Below, piece by piece: positions 56,501-63,793 of a DNA stretch of 64,000 nucleotides. Each line of letters begins with the position of its first letter. Position 1 is the stretch's first letter. A program made the translations under genes and the position numbers. Below the pieces are notes generated by a model. It had not been told where the DNA came from and did not search any database. It saw nothing but the letters and a program-made list of their open reading frames with translations. Source of the DNA: Polyangiaceae bacterium (lineage in GTDB: Bacteria > Myxococcota_A > Polyangia > Polyangiales > Polyangiaceae); contig CBDCTZ010000013.1 of assembly GCA_965222375.1 (NCBI GenBank), positions 512,001 through 576,000 on the forward strand, given 5' to 3'.

Positions 56501-56686
56501 CAAAACCTCCGGGACGAACGCGCCGAAGCCTTTGCGTCCACCGTCTACGGCGGCACCTACGAGTACACCTACGTGGCCCGCGCCACGACCCCGGGCAACT
56601 TCGTCGTACCTCCCCCCAAGGCAGAGGAGATGTACGAGCCCGAGACCTTTGGCCGCGGCGCCGGTGACCGCGTCATCGTGCACTGA
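50582..56686 (+). CDS. Alpha-2-macroglobulin family lipoprotein
   Basis: GGAGG SD; lipobox VVAC; DRGLYKP, EEFKRPEF, LPDSLTRYR, CNEQ thioester motif, EEMYEPE; 2034 aa. Confidence 0.96.
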   Translation: MKQAKMLWLVVASALVVACPGSPPAKAPTRAKRTPTAKKESVAWRLSKSGLGFRLSNADPEPLAKSRLVEGKPLNRLERGRVTKRMPKLIAAKKKSFALRDKSMPAPRPGKTIRTAFPPKVRAPVGRVASKELKVLRHAPEGDVSLAKNVSVTFSEAMVPITSHDDLASLPVPVNIEPKPPGKFRWIGTQTVLFEAEGERMPMSSNFRITIPAGTKAQSGQRLGRAHKFSFSTPTLRIVDRYPERWGGPTDLSPLVFAEFNQRIDKTTLLSSFSARVDGNTHQLRLATEDEIEKDEDVRGLAARAEPDRHLVMVPVQPLPKASAVKVELAAGARSAEGPVPTEKPLTIDFRTYGPMKISRVRCGWYGKCPPLAPWTIRFTNPIEADKFEDSMVTVEPPLDGMRLNVSGNSISIRGRSKGRTTYRIRVSDRLGDTFEQTLTGKLEHEIQVHSAEPMLFSEQDPMIVLDPFYKRELRVFSVNRPSLRVKLYAVSPADWRKYRKFRQDWDWDGRLTRPPGRLVQTTMVKPRKAPDELVETRISLARALKDGLGQVIAIVEPPNQPRPTRHRRWREREWVRIWIQSTNMGLSAFRDRKRVAAFVTDLKSGAPQKGVRLSILPTGALANSNADGLADLALRSNGDMLVAKRGHDRVFLGGSRREMTARGGYDPVRWMVFDDRGLYKPKETVNVKGWVRVSTAGPKGDLGRIRDSSRRTVSWEAVEPRGNSIAKGDAQVDADGAFHLKFKLPDAANLGRARVKLKLSGRSARYTHRFQVEEFKRPEFEVSAETTEGPYYVGKHAIATVSAVYYAGGGLPESKVNWRVKAQDATFTPPKRDSYHFGTRPTYFWWSRGDKDANRSVNESWRSTTNAEGRHRLRVDFDALDPAYPRMLSFEANVTDVSRQSWSARTKMLVHPASVTVGLKQDSRMVSAGKPIVLSAIVTDIDGKMAPGRSVTIKSERLEFSWRGRKRREKRTPGPGCNFTSGDAAERCVIDTKRGGQYRITAVVTDSNGRKSHTELDTWVLSDDPALVPKLEGDKVELTADKDEYAPGSTAKLLVTSPFAPAEGVLILDRDGILSTKRITIKKRVETLAVPLDKAWVPGVVVRVHLVGHRKREDERGRPSSSLPPRPAIASGRLSLKIPPIDRTLDIDVKPFKEAVAPGSKASVSVSITSPDGRPASGAHVAMVVVDESVLALAGFATPDPISVLYPTRGGAVRDYEARLRIALGEPDPADFEMKAKETTKKEAMKSRPGDPLSGLSFNGSGRGGGGKVARAPRVRMGAANAKPSPKPVASAPPAPPGEAEAHYAALLDKDDKTKGSKPIAVRKNFNPLAAFVPRLKTDARGRASTSFRLPDSLTRYRVYAVASLGERSFGAGESALTARLPLMVRTQAPRFLNYGDRFKLPIVLQNQTEKPMTVDLVARASNATLIGPQGFRVTVPPADRIETRFTVTTQSAGKAKFQVGAVSPAGADASTVELPVWTPATTEAFATYGEIDRGSIAQVVKVPKNVVRQFGALELTTSSTALQGLTDAMLYLQRYPFECNEQIASRMISIAALEPVLEAFEAAGLPPKAALKKSMAADVKRLAARQHYSGGWDYWRRDRPPSPFVSIHVTHALLRSKDRGFSVPPTLLRGGLRFLKNIRRHIPRRWHPETQRTIESYALYVRHRAKDSDATRARALVNEGRGIKARSLDALGWLLPILSKDEAAKREVETIRRHLDNRITETAGRAHWATSFDDSRHVTLGSSRRTDGILLEATIDDRRDFDALPKLARGLLGHRKRGHWGSTQENVFVLLGLSRYFDAFEKVTPNFVARAWLGNRLALDHAFRGRSTDRKHAEIPLRLLGGPGAKSRIVLNKDGAGRLYYRMGMQYAPANLRPPPAEHGFSVTRTYEAADDSAQVSRDKTGVWRVKAGSLVRIRVSMVAPARRYHVALVDWMPAGFEPLNPALATSQSVPKDQKKDPKVPWWWSRAWYEHQNLRDERAEAFASTVYGGTYEYTYVARATTPGNFVVPPPKAEEMYEPETFGRGAGDRVIVH

Positions 56687-56804
56687 CTTGTGCGGTGCGC
56701 GCGGTTGCGCCGAACCCCAAAGCACCCCTGGGCGGAGCTGCTCGGCTTGTGCGGTGCGCGCGGTTGCGCCGAACCCCAAAGCACCCCTGGGCGGAACTGT
56801 TCGG
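56687..56804. repeat. Intergenic 59-bp direct tandem duplication (2 copies)
   Basis: Copies at 56687 and 56746, two mismatches. Confidence 0.95.
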
Positions 56805-56873
56805 CTCGCACGCGGGAACGGTTCTTGGGTGATCTATTGTCTTGGGGTCGAGCCCTGGCGCGGCGTTTATTCC

Positions 56874-57905
56874 CTACTCCCGTGCTTCTTCGCCAGGTCC
56901 GCCGTCAGCCTGGGCCTCGGGTTCGTCCTTCTTCTGCACCGCCGAGTGCACTTCCATCGCGAATGCGCAACTGTCGATACCCTTCGCGAACTCGGCCCGG
57001 CTCGACGCAGATAGCCAGGATGGGTCCACTTTTCGCCGCAACCGCAAGAGCAACACTTGGGTCGTCAAGTCCACGAGGCCGACACGCATGTTGTGCGCCC
57101 GCTCGCCGTCGAGCTCCGCCGGCGCAGACCTGTCTCCGGGCTCATCCATCACGACGAGCAGCAGCTTGGCTCGCGCCGCACGTTTGGTCGCCTCAATCGG
57201 CGTGCTCTCGAACTTCTGCCGCAGCTTGGACAGTTCGCGCTGGGAGGGCGCCTCCTGAACCCGCCGCTGCCACTTTGCATCCAGCAGCGGCAAGCCGATG
57301 TAGGCATCATACAGTCGGGCCACATGGCGGGTGCGCTGCATACCCTTGCTGTCCGCGAACAGCGCGGCCCGGGCCTTTTTTCGGAGCCTTTTTTCGCTCC
57401 GCTTTTCAGGTGGCGTCATCAAACACAGGACGAACGCGTCCACGAATGAACTTCGCGCGCTTTCCTTGACCGTCCCGGAGCTTTCGAAGTTGGCGAGGGC
57501 ACCCCGCACGTACACCATCGGGCGCTTGAGGGTGCTGTCCAATCCACCAGGCAGCTTCATGGCGTCAGCCACGTAGTCCTCGGGGTAGCTGCCCGACAGA
57601 CGTACGAACCAGGGCATCAGCCGGTCAGGCAGCGCGTGCTCCTGAGGTGTCAGCTGTGCGGCTTGATAGCGCAGATCCGATATCAACCCGGCGCGCTGAC
57701 TCTCGGTGTTGCGCTGGAAGCGACGCAAAGAAAAAGCGAAGTACAGGCAGCACACGGCGATGGTCGCGAAGGCGGTGATGCGCAGCACTGCCCGGGTCCG
57801 CGGCGTCACCTTGACGCCGGGTCGCGCTCGGCGCCCCTCCACGCTGGCTTGTATCCGGGCTGCTAGCTCCGGGGACATCTTCTTGGTGACCAGAAGCGTC
57901 GGCAT
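56874..57905 (-). CDS. Hypothetical membrane-anchored protein
   Basis: One N-terminal TM; 5 nt downstream of the MutS-like gene. Confidence 0.8.
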   Translation of the reverse strand: MPTLLVTKKMSPELAARIQASVEGRRARPGVKVTPRTRAVLRITAFATIAVCCLYFAFSLRRFQRNTESQRAGLISDLRYQAAQLTPQEHALPDRLMPWFVRLSGSYPEDYVADAMKLPGGLDSTLKRPMVYVRGALANFESSGTVKESARSSFVDAFVLCLMTPPEKRSEKRLRKKARAALFADSKGMQRTRHVARLYDAYIGLPLLDAKWQRRVQEAPSQRELSKLRQKFESTPIEATKRAARAKLLLVVMDEPGDRSAPAELDGERAHNMRVGLVDLTTQVLLLRLRRKVDPSWLSASSRAEFAKGIDSCAFAMEVHSAVQKKDEPEAQADGGPGEEARE

Positions 57906-57910
57906 CGAGC

Positions 57911-59557
57911 TCAGTCGTCCCCGGACGCGGGTTTGTCCTGCCAGCGTTGGATGTTCTGTTCAATTAGGGACTGCAGCTGCTCGCCGGTCACGCCAAGTCG
58001 CTCCGCGGCGTGCCCTGCGAGAGAGGTTTCGGCCACGCCCGGCACGAACTGGTAGGTGGCACGGCGATCGTCGCCGAGTTCCACCTGCAGGAATGTCAGC
58101 CGCGGGATCTTCTCTTCCCGGGCCAGGCGCGCGGCAAACGCCAAGAAGTGCGTCGTGATGAAGGCCTGCGGGCGCAGCTGCTGCATGGTGGTGACCACCA
58201 GTTCGAAGATCTCTTCCCCCTCGGAGGGGTTGGTGCCCGAACACAGTTCGTCCAGCAGGACCATCGCGCCGGGCGGCAGGCGTTCGAACAGCGCGCGGAT
58301 CCGCACCAGTTCCATCCCGAGCCGGCCCTCGGCTTGATCCGCCGTCGTTTCCTGTATCAACGACACCACCAAGCTCGACGTTAGTGCGATGGCTCCGGAC
58401 TGCGCGGGTATGAACAGTCCGCACTGGGCCAGGAGCTGAGCCAGCCCCACTGATTGGAGTAGCCGAGTCTTGCCCCCCGAGTTCGGCCCCGTGACCAGCA
58501 CCGTGGTCGCAAGCCGATCCGTGACCAGATTGCAGGGAACGGGCTGGGTGCCGCTCATCAGCAACAGCGGGTTGAACAAGCCTTGAAGTCCGCGAGGCGT
58601 CTCGGCGTCCACCAATTCTGGCAGGCACACCTCGAGCCCAGCAGCGCGGGACCGATCCGCGAAGCACAGAGCGCCGAGGTAAAACTCCAAATCCCCAAAC
58701 AGTTGGATCAACGAAACGATGTCATCTTCCACGCCCGAAAAGACGGCATCTACCAGCCGCGCCATGACCTCCCCGTCTCCAAAACGATAGCCCCGCAGGA
58801 AGAGCTCGATCTTCGCGAGCCAGCGTCGCCAGACCGGGCTGACGAAAGGGTTCGCCGAGTCCTCCTCGACGGACAGGATGTCAAAGCCACGGATCCGCCC
58901 ATCCGCGCCGATGCCTACATTGAGGCTGAGGGTGGCCAGGCGTTCGTCATAGCGGAGCAGATCCGACAGCGCTTGATACGACTCGTCCGTTTTCACGCGA
59001 ACCGCAAACGCGGCCATGCTCGCAAGCCCAGAGCGGCTGTTAGCAAAGCCATCTCCCATGCGGTCAAAGCACTCTTTGACGACGCCGAGAATGTCGAGCT
59101 GGCGTCGGGCCGGATCCCAATTCTGCGCGCCGCTAGAATCTTCCAGCAGCGCCCGCAGTCTGCACAGATCGGCGTACAGCAGCTGCAACTGCTGACGAAG
59201 CTGGCTCTCCGAGTCGAGCTCCTGCAGCACTTTGCGACGAAACTCGACAATCTCGGGATCCCGAGGTGGGTGCGCCAGCAGCCGGAAGACGTTATTGGTG
59301 GGAAGGATCGGCTCCTGCCGGCCGAGTCGGATCCGAAAGCATCCGGCGATGAAGCGCTGCAAAAACAAGTCGCTCACGAATCCGGCCGGATCCCAACTCG
59401 ACGCCGCGAGCGTCGCTCCGTCCAACGCCTCCTCGAACAAGCCGCCCCCCGCGCCGCCCGCAAACGCCAGGGTCAGCGCAACTCGGGTCTTCTCTCCGTC
59501 AATCCGGCGCTGCGCCACCGGATGGAGCAGGTCCGGGACGATTTCGGCGTCCGGCAT
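57911..59557 (-). CDS. MutS-related ATPase (domain V only, no Smr domain)
   Basis: LFNPLL, TGPNSGGKT, LLDELCSGT, TTH, AERLG. Confidence 0.9.
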   Translation of the reverse strand: MPDAEIVPDLLHPVAQRRIDGEKTRVALTLAFAGGAGGGLFEEALDGATLAASSWDPAGFVSDLFLQRFIAGCFRIRLGRQEPILPTNNVFRLLAHPPRDPEIVEFRRKVLQELDSESQLRQQLQLLYADLCRLRALLEDSSGAQNWDPARRQLDILGVVKECFDRMGDGFANSRSGLASMAAFAVRVKTDESYQALSDLLRYDERLATLSLNVGIGADGRIRGFDILSVEEDSANPFVSPVWRRWLAKIELFLRGYRFGDGEVMARLVDAVFSGVEDDIVSLIQLFGDLEFYLGALCFADRSRAAGLEVCLPELVDAETPRGLQGLFNPLLLMSGTQPVPCNLVTDRLATTVLVTGPNSGGKTRLLQSVGLAQLLAQCGLFIPAQSGAIALTSSLVVSLIQETTADQAEGRLGMELVRIRALFERLPPGAMVLLDELCSGTNPSEGEEIFELVVTTMQQLRPQAFITTHFLAFAARLAREEKIPRLTFLQVELGDDRRATYQFVPGVAETSLAGHAAERLGVTGEQLQSLIEQNIQRWQDKPASGDD

Positions 59558-59669
59558 CTCCGAGCGACAATAGTGCTCGGGGGGCCTTGCGCCAATCCCG
59601 CAACAACTCCATGAAAGGCTGCATCACCGCGGGCACCAGCCCGGCGAGTTCGGGCGAGCCAGCGGACAG

Positions 59670-60869
59670 CTACTGACAGCTGTTTTTGCTCACCCGGTCG
59701 GAATAGCCCTTGTTGCACTCATTCCACACTTTCTTGTCGAACTCGCAGGGACAGCTGTTCACGAAGCGCAGATCCCGAAACTCGTCCTGGGGGTTGGCGG
59801 AGACCACGGCGACGGAGTCGACCAGATCGCCGCTGTCGAACCACGTGCACACGCTCTGCCAAGCGCCACTACCGGCGTCGGGCCAGACCTGAGCGAGCTC
59901 ATCGCCGGAGCAAGCTTTGTCGCCAGACACGATACTGATGGTCGGCATGGCATCACTCGTCTTGACGTCAAAGGCGATCAGACTGCGTCCGGGCGGTTGT
60001 TTGCCGTCACAGAATTCGCGCCGCAAAGAACCGACCCCAACGTATCCCGGCGCCCCTGCAGCACCCGCGGCTCCGGCTCCGCCCGCAACTCCGCCGGCGC
60101 CCGACACGCCACCACCGCCGACGCCGCCGCCACTGTCAGCGGCCGTGCCCCCATCCGGCGGTGCCCCAGCAGCGCCACCCGCGCCCCCAGCTCCGCCGAC
60201 TCCAGAATTCGGATCTGGATCGACGCACGGTGCCGAGGTGTCACAGATCGCGTCCCAACTGATGACTTTCTTTTCGAAATAGCACGCGGGCGAGCCTCCG
60301 CTCTTGTTGTGTACGAGCACGCCTGCCGCGAAGTAGTTGTGGTGCGTCGCCACCTCGATGTTGAACACAGTTTCGGTGGCCGCTTGGGAATCCATGAAGA
60401 AGCCCTCTGCGATCGCGCTCCGAACCTCTCGCGGGCCCCCAAGTCGAATCAGCCTCGAGGCGGACGTGACGGATCCAGCCTCCGCGTAGGCAAGTTCGTC
60501 CGGCAGGTAGACAGGGTGATTGCTGGTGACCCGCAGCGTCTCACCGGATGAGAGCGCCAACTGGCCAACGCGATGCCCGTCGTGACGGAACGTGCGAACC
60601 ACGGGAGCGGGGACCACGCGATGGCTCGCCTCGTCATAGGCCATGACCAAGTCCCCCACAGCGAGCTGCTCGATCGGAGTGGTGCCCGTCGGTGTCGCAA
60701 TGGGCGTGCCGACCGCAAAACACCCGGTCCCACCGCCGGTCCCACCTGTGCCTCCCGTGGCCCCGGTGCCCGGGGAAGCATCCGTCCCCGAGCTTCCCCC
60801 ACACGCAGAAGCAGCAACCAGGGCAGCAACCAGTGACATCACGGCGGGACGAGCAGCTCGAGTTTTCAT
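59670..60869 (-). CDS. Lipoprotein with Hint (intein-like/BIL) domain and Cys-containing C-terminal domain
   Basis: Lipobox ASAC; CFAVGTPI...TSNHP...VFNIEV...NYFAAGVLVHN-K. Confidence 0.9.
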   Translation of the reverse strand: MKTRAARPAVMSLVAALVAASACGGSSGTDASPGTGATGGTGGTGGGTGCFAVGTPIATPTGTTPIEQLAVGDLVMAYDEASHRVVPAPVVRTFRHDGHRVGQLALSSGETLRVTSNHPVYLPDELAYAEAGSVTSASRLIRLGGPREVRSAIAEGFFMDSQAATETVFNIEVATHHNYFAAGVLVHNKSGGSPACYFEKKVISWDAICDTSAPCVDPDPNSGVGGAGGAGGAAGAPPDGGTAADSGGGVGGGGVSGAGGVAGGAGAAGAAGAPGYVGVGSLRREFCDGKQPPGRSLIAFDVKTSDAMPTISIVSGDKACSGDELAQVWPDAGSGAWQSVCTWFDSGDLVDSVAVVSANPQDEFRDLRFVNSCPCEFDKKVWNECNKGYSDRVSKNSCQ

Positions 60870-60882
60870 GCCGCCAGACTTC

Positions 60883-60898
60883 TGCAACGGCCATGCCC
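60883..60898 (-). promoter_or_regulatory. Putative sigma54 promoter of the Hint lipoprotein gene
   Basis: Minus strand GGGCATGGCCGTTGCA (GG-N10-GC); tandem CTGGCACAGC x2 at 60940-60959. Confidence 0.6.
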
Positions 60899-61370
60899 AG
60901 ACAAACCCTCGGCATCCGCTGCTGCCCGGAATTCGTTGAGCTGTGCCAGGCTGTGCCAGAGTGTGCGAAGTCGAGCCGGCAAGTCCCGGCGCGCTACTGG
61001 CAGGCACCCTGGTCGACGCCGTCTGGACGGACCTTGGCGTTCTTGGAGCCCAGCCGACACAAGCGCAGCCGGCACTCGACGAAGTTGCCCCTGACTGACG
61101 GCTTGGTCGTGTTGAAGACACCCAGAGCCCGCAACCGGCGGAAGGTTGTCAAAGATGCAATTTCGCAGGCGCCCGTGGCAACAAAAACGCGGTGCTTCGG
61201 GGTGGGCCGTTTCACCGTCGAAGTGACACGGGAAGCAACGCCGGCGATAAGGAAAGAAGCGGTTCAGGAGCATGGTCCGCGAGTTCAGTCTCTGCCGACG
61301 ACATGCGCAGACGCCACAATGATCCAAGGGGCGCGGGTTTCGACCCGGACAAATATGAGGCATCGAACCT

Positions 61371-61385
61371 GCGACGATTTGCCGC
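61371..61385 (+). promoter_or_regulatory. RegA/RegR-type binding box
   Basis: GCGACGATTTGCCGC, 23 nt before TATGGT. Confidence 0.75.
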
Positions 61386-61420
61386 ACAGCAGGTTCACAG
61401 CCAGTTGCTATGGTCTGCCC

Positions 61421-61846
61421 ATGCTTCGAGTTTCAGCCCTAGTGGCTGTCTTCGCATCCCTATCCCTCATTGCCTGCAGCGAGGACGACTCCGGAGGCAA
61501 CACTGGCGGCACCGCTGGCACGGGCGGCCACAGCTCAGTTTCCGCCGACTGCCAGGCGATCATCGACGCTTGTCACACCAAGGACACGGGCGATCCTGGG
61601 CCCCTCAACGATTGCCACCAAGCGGCCCACGCCGACAAGACCGCGCAATGCACCACGGATAAGGCCAAGTGCATCGGCATTTGTGACGCGGCTCCTGTGG
61701 TTGACGGAGGAAAAGCCGGCGCAGGCGGCCACAGCCATCATGGTGGCGCGGGAGGCATGCATCACGGCGGTGCCGGCGGTCACCATCAGGGCGGCGCGGG
61801 CGGTCACGCCCATGACGGCGGCGCCCACGACGCCAGCCACGATTGA
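61421..61846 (+). CDS. Small Cys/His-rich lipoprotein, putative metal binding
   Basis: Lipobox LIAC; ACH..DCHQAAH; tail GGHSHHGG, GMHHGG, GGHHQGG, GGHAHDGG. Confidence 0.85.
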   Translation: MLRVSALVAVFASLSLIACSEDDSGGNTGGTAGTGGHSSVSADCQAIIDACHTKDTGDPGPLNDCHQAAHADKTAQCTTDKAKCIGICDAAPVVDGGKAGAGGHSHHGGAGGMHHGGAGGHHQGGAGGHAHDGGAHDASHD

Positions 61847-61847
61847 G

Positions 61848-62399
61848 TCACCTGGGTGCGAACTTGTTGAGTTTTCGCTGCAACGAGCGGCGGTGAATGC
61901 GTAGCTTGCGTGCGGCCTCGGAGACGTTGCCGCCGCAGTCACTGAGCACGCGGTTGATGTGCTCCCATTCGGCCCGAGCCAGGGAAGGCACGGGTGCACT
62001 TTCGGCAATGGGCAGGGAACCTGCTTCTGCATCAGCAGAAAGCGCGCGCAAGATGTCGTCCACGTCCGCGGGCTTGCTCAGATAGTTCACGGCGCCCAAC
62101 TTGGTGGCGTGCACCGCCGTCGCGATGCTGCCGTAGCCCGTGAGCACGACGATCCGCATCAGGGGTTCTGCCTCGAGCAACCGCGGCACGAGCTGCAGGC
62201 CGTTCTCGGTCCCGAGGCGAAGGTCGACTACGGCAAACTCCGGCGCCTCGCGTTCGCTCTCGCGCATGGCCTCGCTCGCGGTCGCCGCACTCAAAGCCAC
62301 ATACCCACGGTCGGAGAACGCGCGAACTAGTTGCGTTCGCAGAACATCGTCGTCATCGACGATCAGAATACTTGGCGCGTCAGACTCAGCCACCGTCAC
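61848..62399 (-). CDS. regA: RegA/PrrA/ActR family response regulator
   Basis: LTGYGSIATAV, YLSKPAD, EWEHINRVL...NVSEAARKL.IHRRSLQRKL; GTGA overlap with upstream stop. Confidence 0.93.
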   Translation of the reverse strand: MTVAESDAPSILIVDDDDVLRTQLVRAFSDRGYVALSAATASEAMRESEREAPEFAVVDLRLGTENGLQLVPRLLEAEPLMRIVVLTGYGSIATAVHATKLGAVNYLSKPADVDDILRALSADAEAGSLPIAESAPVPSLARAEWEHINRVLSDCGGNVSEAARKLRIHRRSLQRKLNKFAPR

Positions 62400-63334
62400 T
62401 TCACCCAGGATCGTTGCACGGATATGCTCAGGGTGCTGCCCGCATAGGGCACGTTTCGGCCAAAGCCATCTAGGGGCAGATCGCTGCTCAGCGACGTCGT
62501 CAGATACCAGAGCGGATGCTGCAACGTGTGGCGGGCAAAGACGCTCAGCCGAAGGCGTCGAGTCTCGGAGTCCGGCACCTGCTCGCCGTCCTCCTTGCTG
62601 GGCAGCGTGCCGCGGTAGCTCACGCGCGTTCCAATCGCGAGAAAGACGTCGGGGACCCAAGCGTAGCCCGCCTCGAGCGTGATCTCCTCGCCGGGGTCCA
62701 ACTCCCGCCCTCGGACCTCGCGGGCCAGACGCAGGGCGAAGCCGGCCCCAGCATCCAACCAATGCACCCGCGGCAACCTCACCGCCGCGTCCACGCCAAG
62801 TCCGAATTGGAGCACGCCGTCGCCAGTTGCATCCACGCCGGTCCGGGTCTCGGATTCGGTCGCATCGCGACCCGTAGGCAGCTTAGAAAAAGAAGACAGC
62901 TCGAGCTGAGCGAAACGGGCCATCCCATGCGCCGGCAGGGGGTCGCTATGCGCCAGGTAACGCGCGCCAACCAGGGCATCGCCGGGTCGTACTGCGTTCT
63001 GGGCGGTTTCATTGCCTAGGCGCCGCCGCTGGAGTCTCAAGGGCGCAGCGGCGTGCACTTGGAGAGGTTCGAACAGTCGATATCCGCCACCTAGGGCGAA
63101 CACCCAGTCATCCGCGCGGGCGTTGCGCAGTTTGCGCTGCCGTGCGTCGGCAGCGTAGCTCCACATGGCGTGCTCCCAAGATGCCTCGACCGCTAGGGAG
63201 GCTCGAGCCCCGGGTTGCACGATGCCCACATCACTATTGCCGGTGGCCGTGCAGCAGGCTTGTGCCTGGGCCGAGCCAGGTGCTAGCGCGACGAGCAAAG
63301 AAACGGCGATTGCCTGACCGGCGAAGGAGCGCAC
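62396..63334 (-). CDS. Putative outer-membrane beta-barrel transporter with N-terminal CC motif
   Basis: Signal AQA then CC; GD, KLPTG, TGDG motifs; alternating beta strands. Confidence 0.75.
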   Translation of the reverse strand: MRSFAGQAIAVSLLVALAPGSAQAQACCTATGNSDVGIVQPGARASLAVEASWEHAMWSYAADARQRKLRNARADDWVFALGGGYRLFEPLQVHAAAPLRLQRRRLGNETAQNAVRPGDALVGARYLAHSDPLPAHGMARFAQLELSSFSKLPTGRDATESETRTGVDATGDGVLQFGLGVDAAVRLPRVHWLDAGAGFALRLAREVRGRELDPGEEITLEAGYAWVPDVFLAIGTRVSYRGTLPSKEDGEQVPDSETRRLRLSVFARHTLQHPLWYLTTSLSSDLPLDGFGRNVPYAGSTLSISVQRSWVK

Positions 63335-63353
63335 GCTTTCGTTTGCACCGCGA

Positions 63354-63752
63354 TCATTGCACATCAGTTTTTACGACCAGGCTGTCGTCGACTTGCCCCG
63401 CCTGAATCTGAACCTTTACCTCCCAGGTTCCGGGCATGGTGAATCGCAGGTCCTCGACGCTGTACACTCCTGCGCCCACTTCCTTCACCGAGGGTTGCAC
63501 GGGCACCCCGTGACCATGAGCCGGCATCCACGGCTCGGCTTCGAGCTGCGCGGCTTCCAAAGCTGAACCGTCTGCGTTGCGCAATTCCAACTCGAGGCGA
63601 TTTTTGCCAACCGCCGGTGGACTTGGGTCGAAGTCCGCCGTGGCTTCGAAGTGTCCTGCCTGGGACTTCAGTCCGGTGGTTTCATCGGCCGGGTCCTCGA
63701 CACCGCAGGCGCCGACGGTGAGGGCAAGCAAGAACGGAATCGCGATGCGCAT
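63354..63752 (-). CDS. YtkA/FixH-like lipoprotein
   Basis: Lipobox VGAC; PWMPAHGHG, GVY, FTMPGTW. Confidence 0.88.
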   Translation of the reverse strand: MRIAIPFLLALTVGACGVEDPADETTGLKSQAGHFEATADFDPSPPAVGKNRLELELRNADGSALEAAQLEAEPWMPAHGHGVPVQPSVKEVGAGVYSVEDLRFTMPGTWEVKVQIQAGQVDDSLVVKTDVQ

Positions 63753-63793
63753 GAGGTTGACGAGAATCTATTCGCGCCGGTCCTTACGCCCAC

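Noticed and set aside
56687..56804. CRISPR array
   Set aside because: Only two contiguous copies, no unique spacers, no cas genes
59670..60869. Canonical splicing intein or homing endonuclease
   Set aside because: +1 residue is Lys, no endonuclease insert, host is not a conserved housekeeping protein
60692..61420. Long N-terminal extensions in the ORF track (also 16011, 22940, 28153, 45212, 49341, 61121, 62762)
   Set aside because: Signal peptides, SD/-10 elements and domain starts indicate downstream start codons
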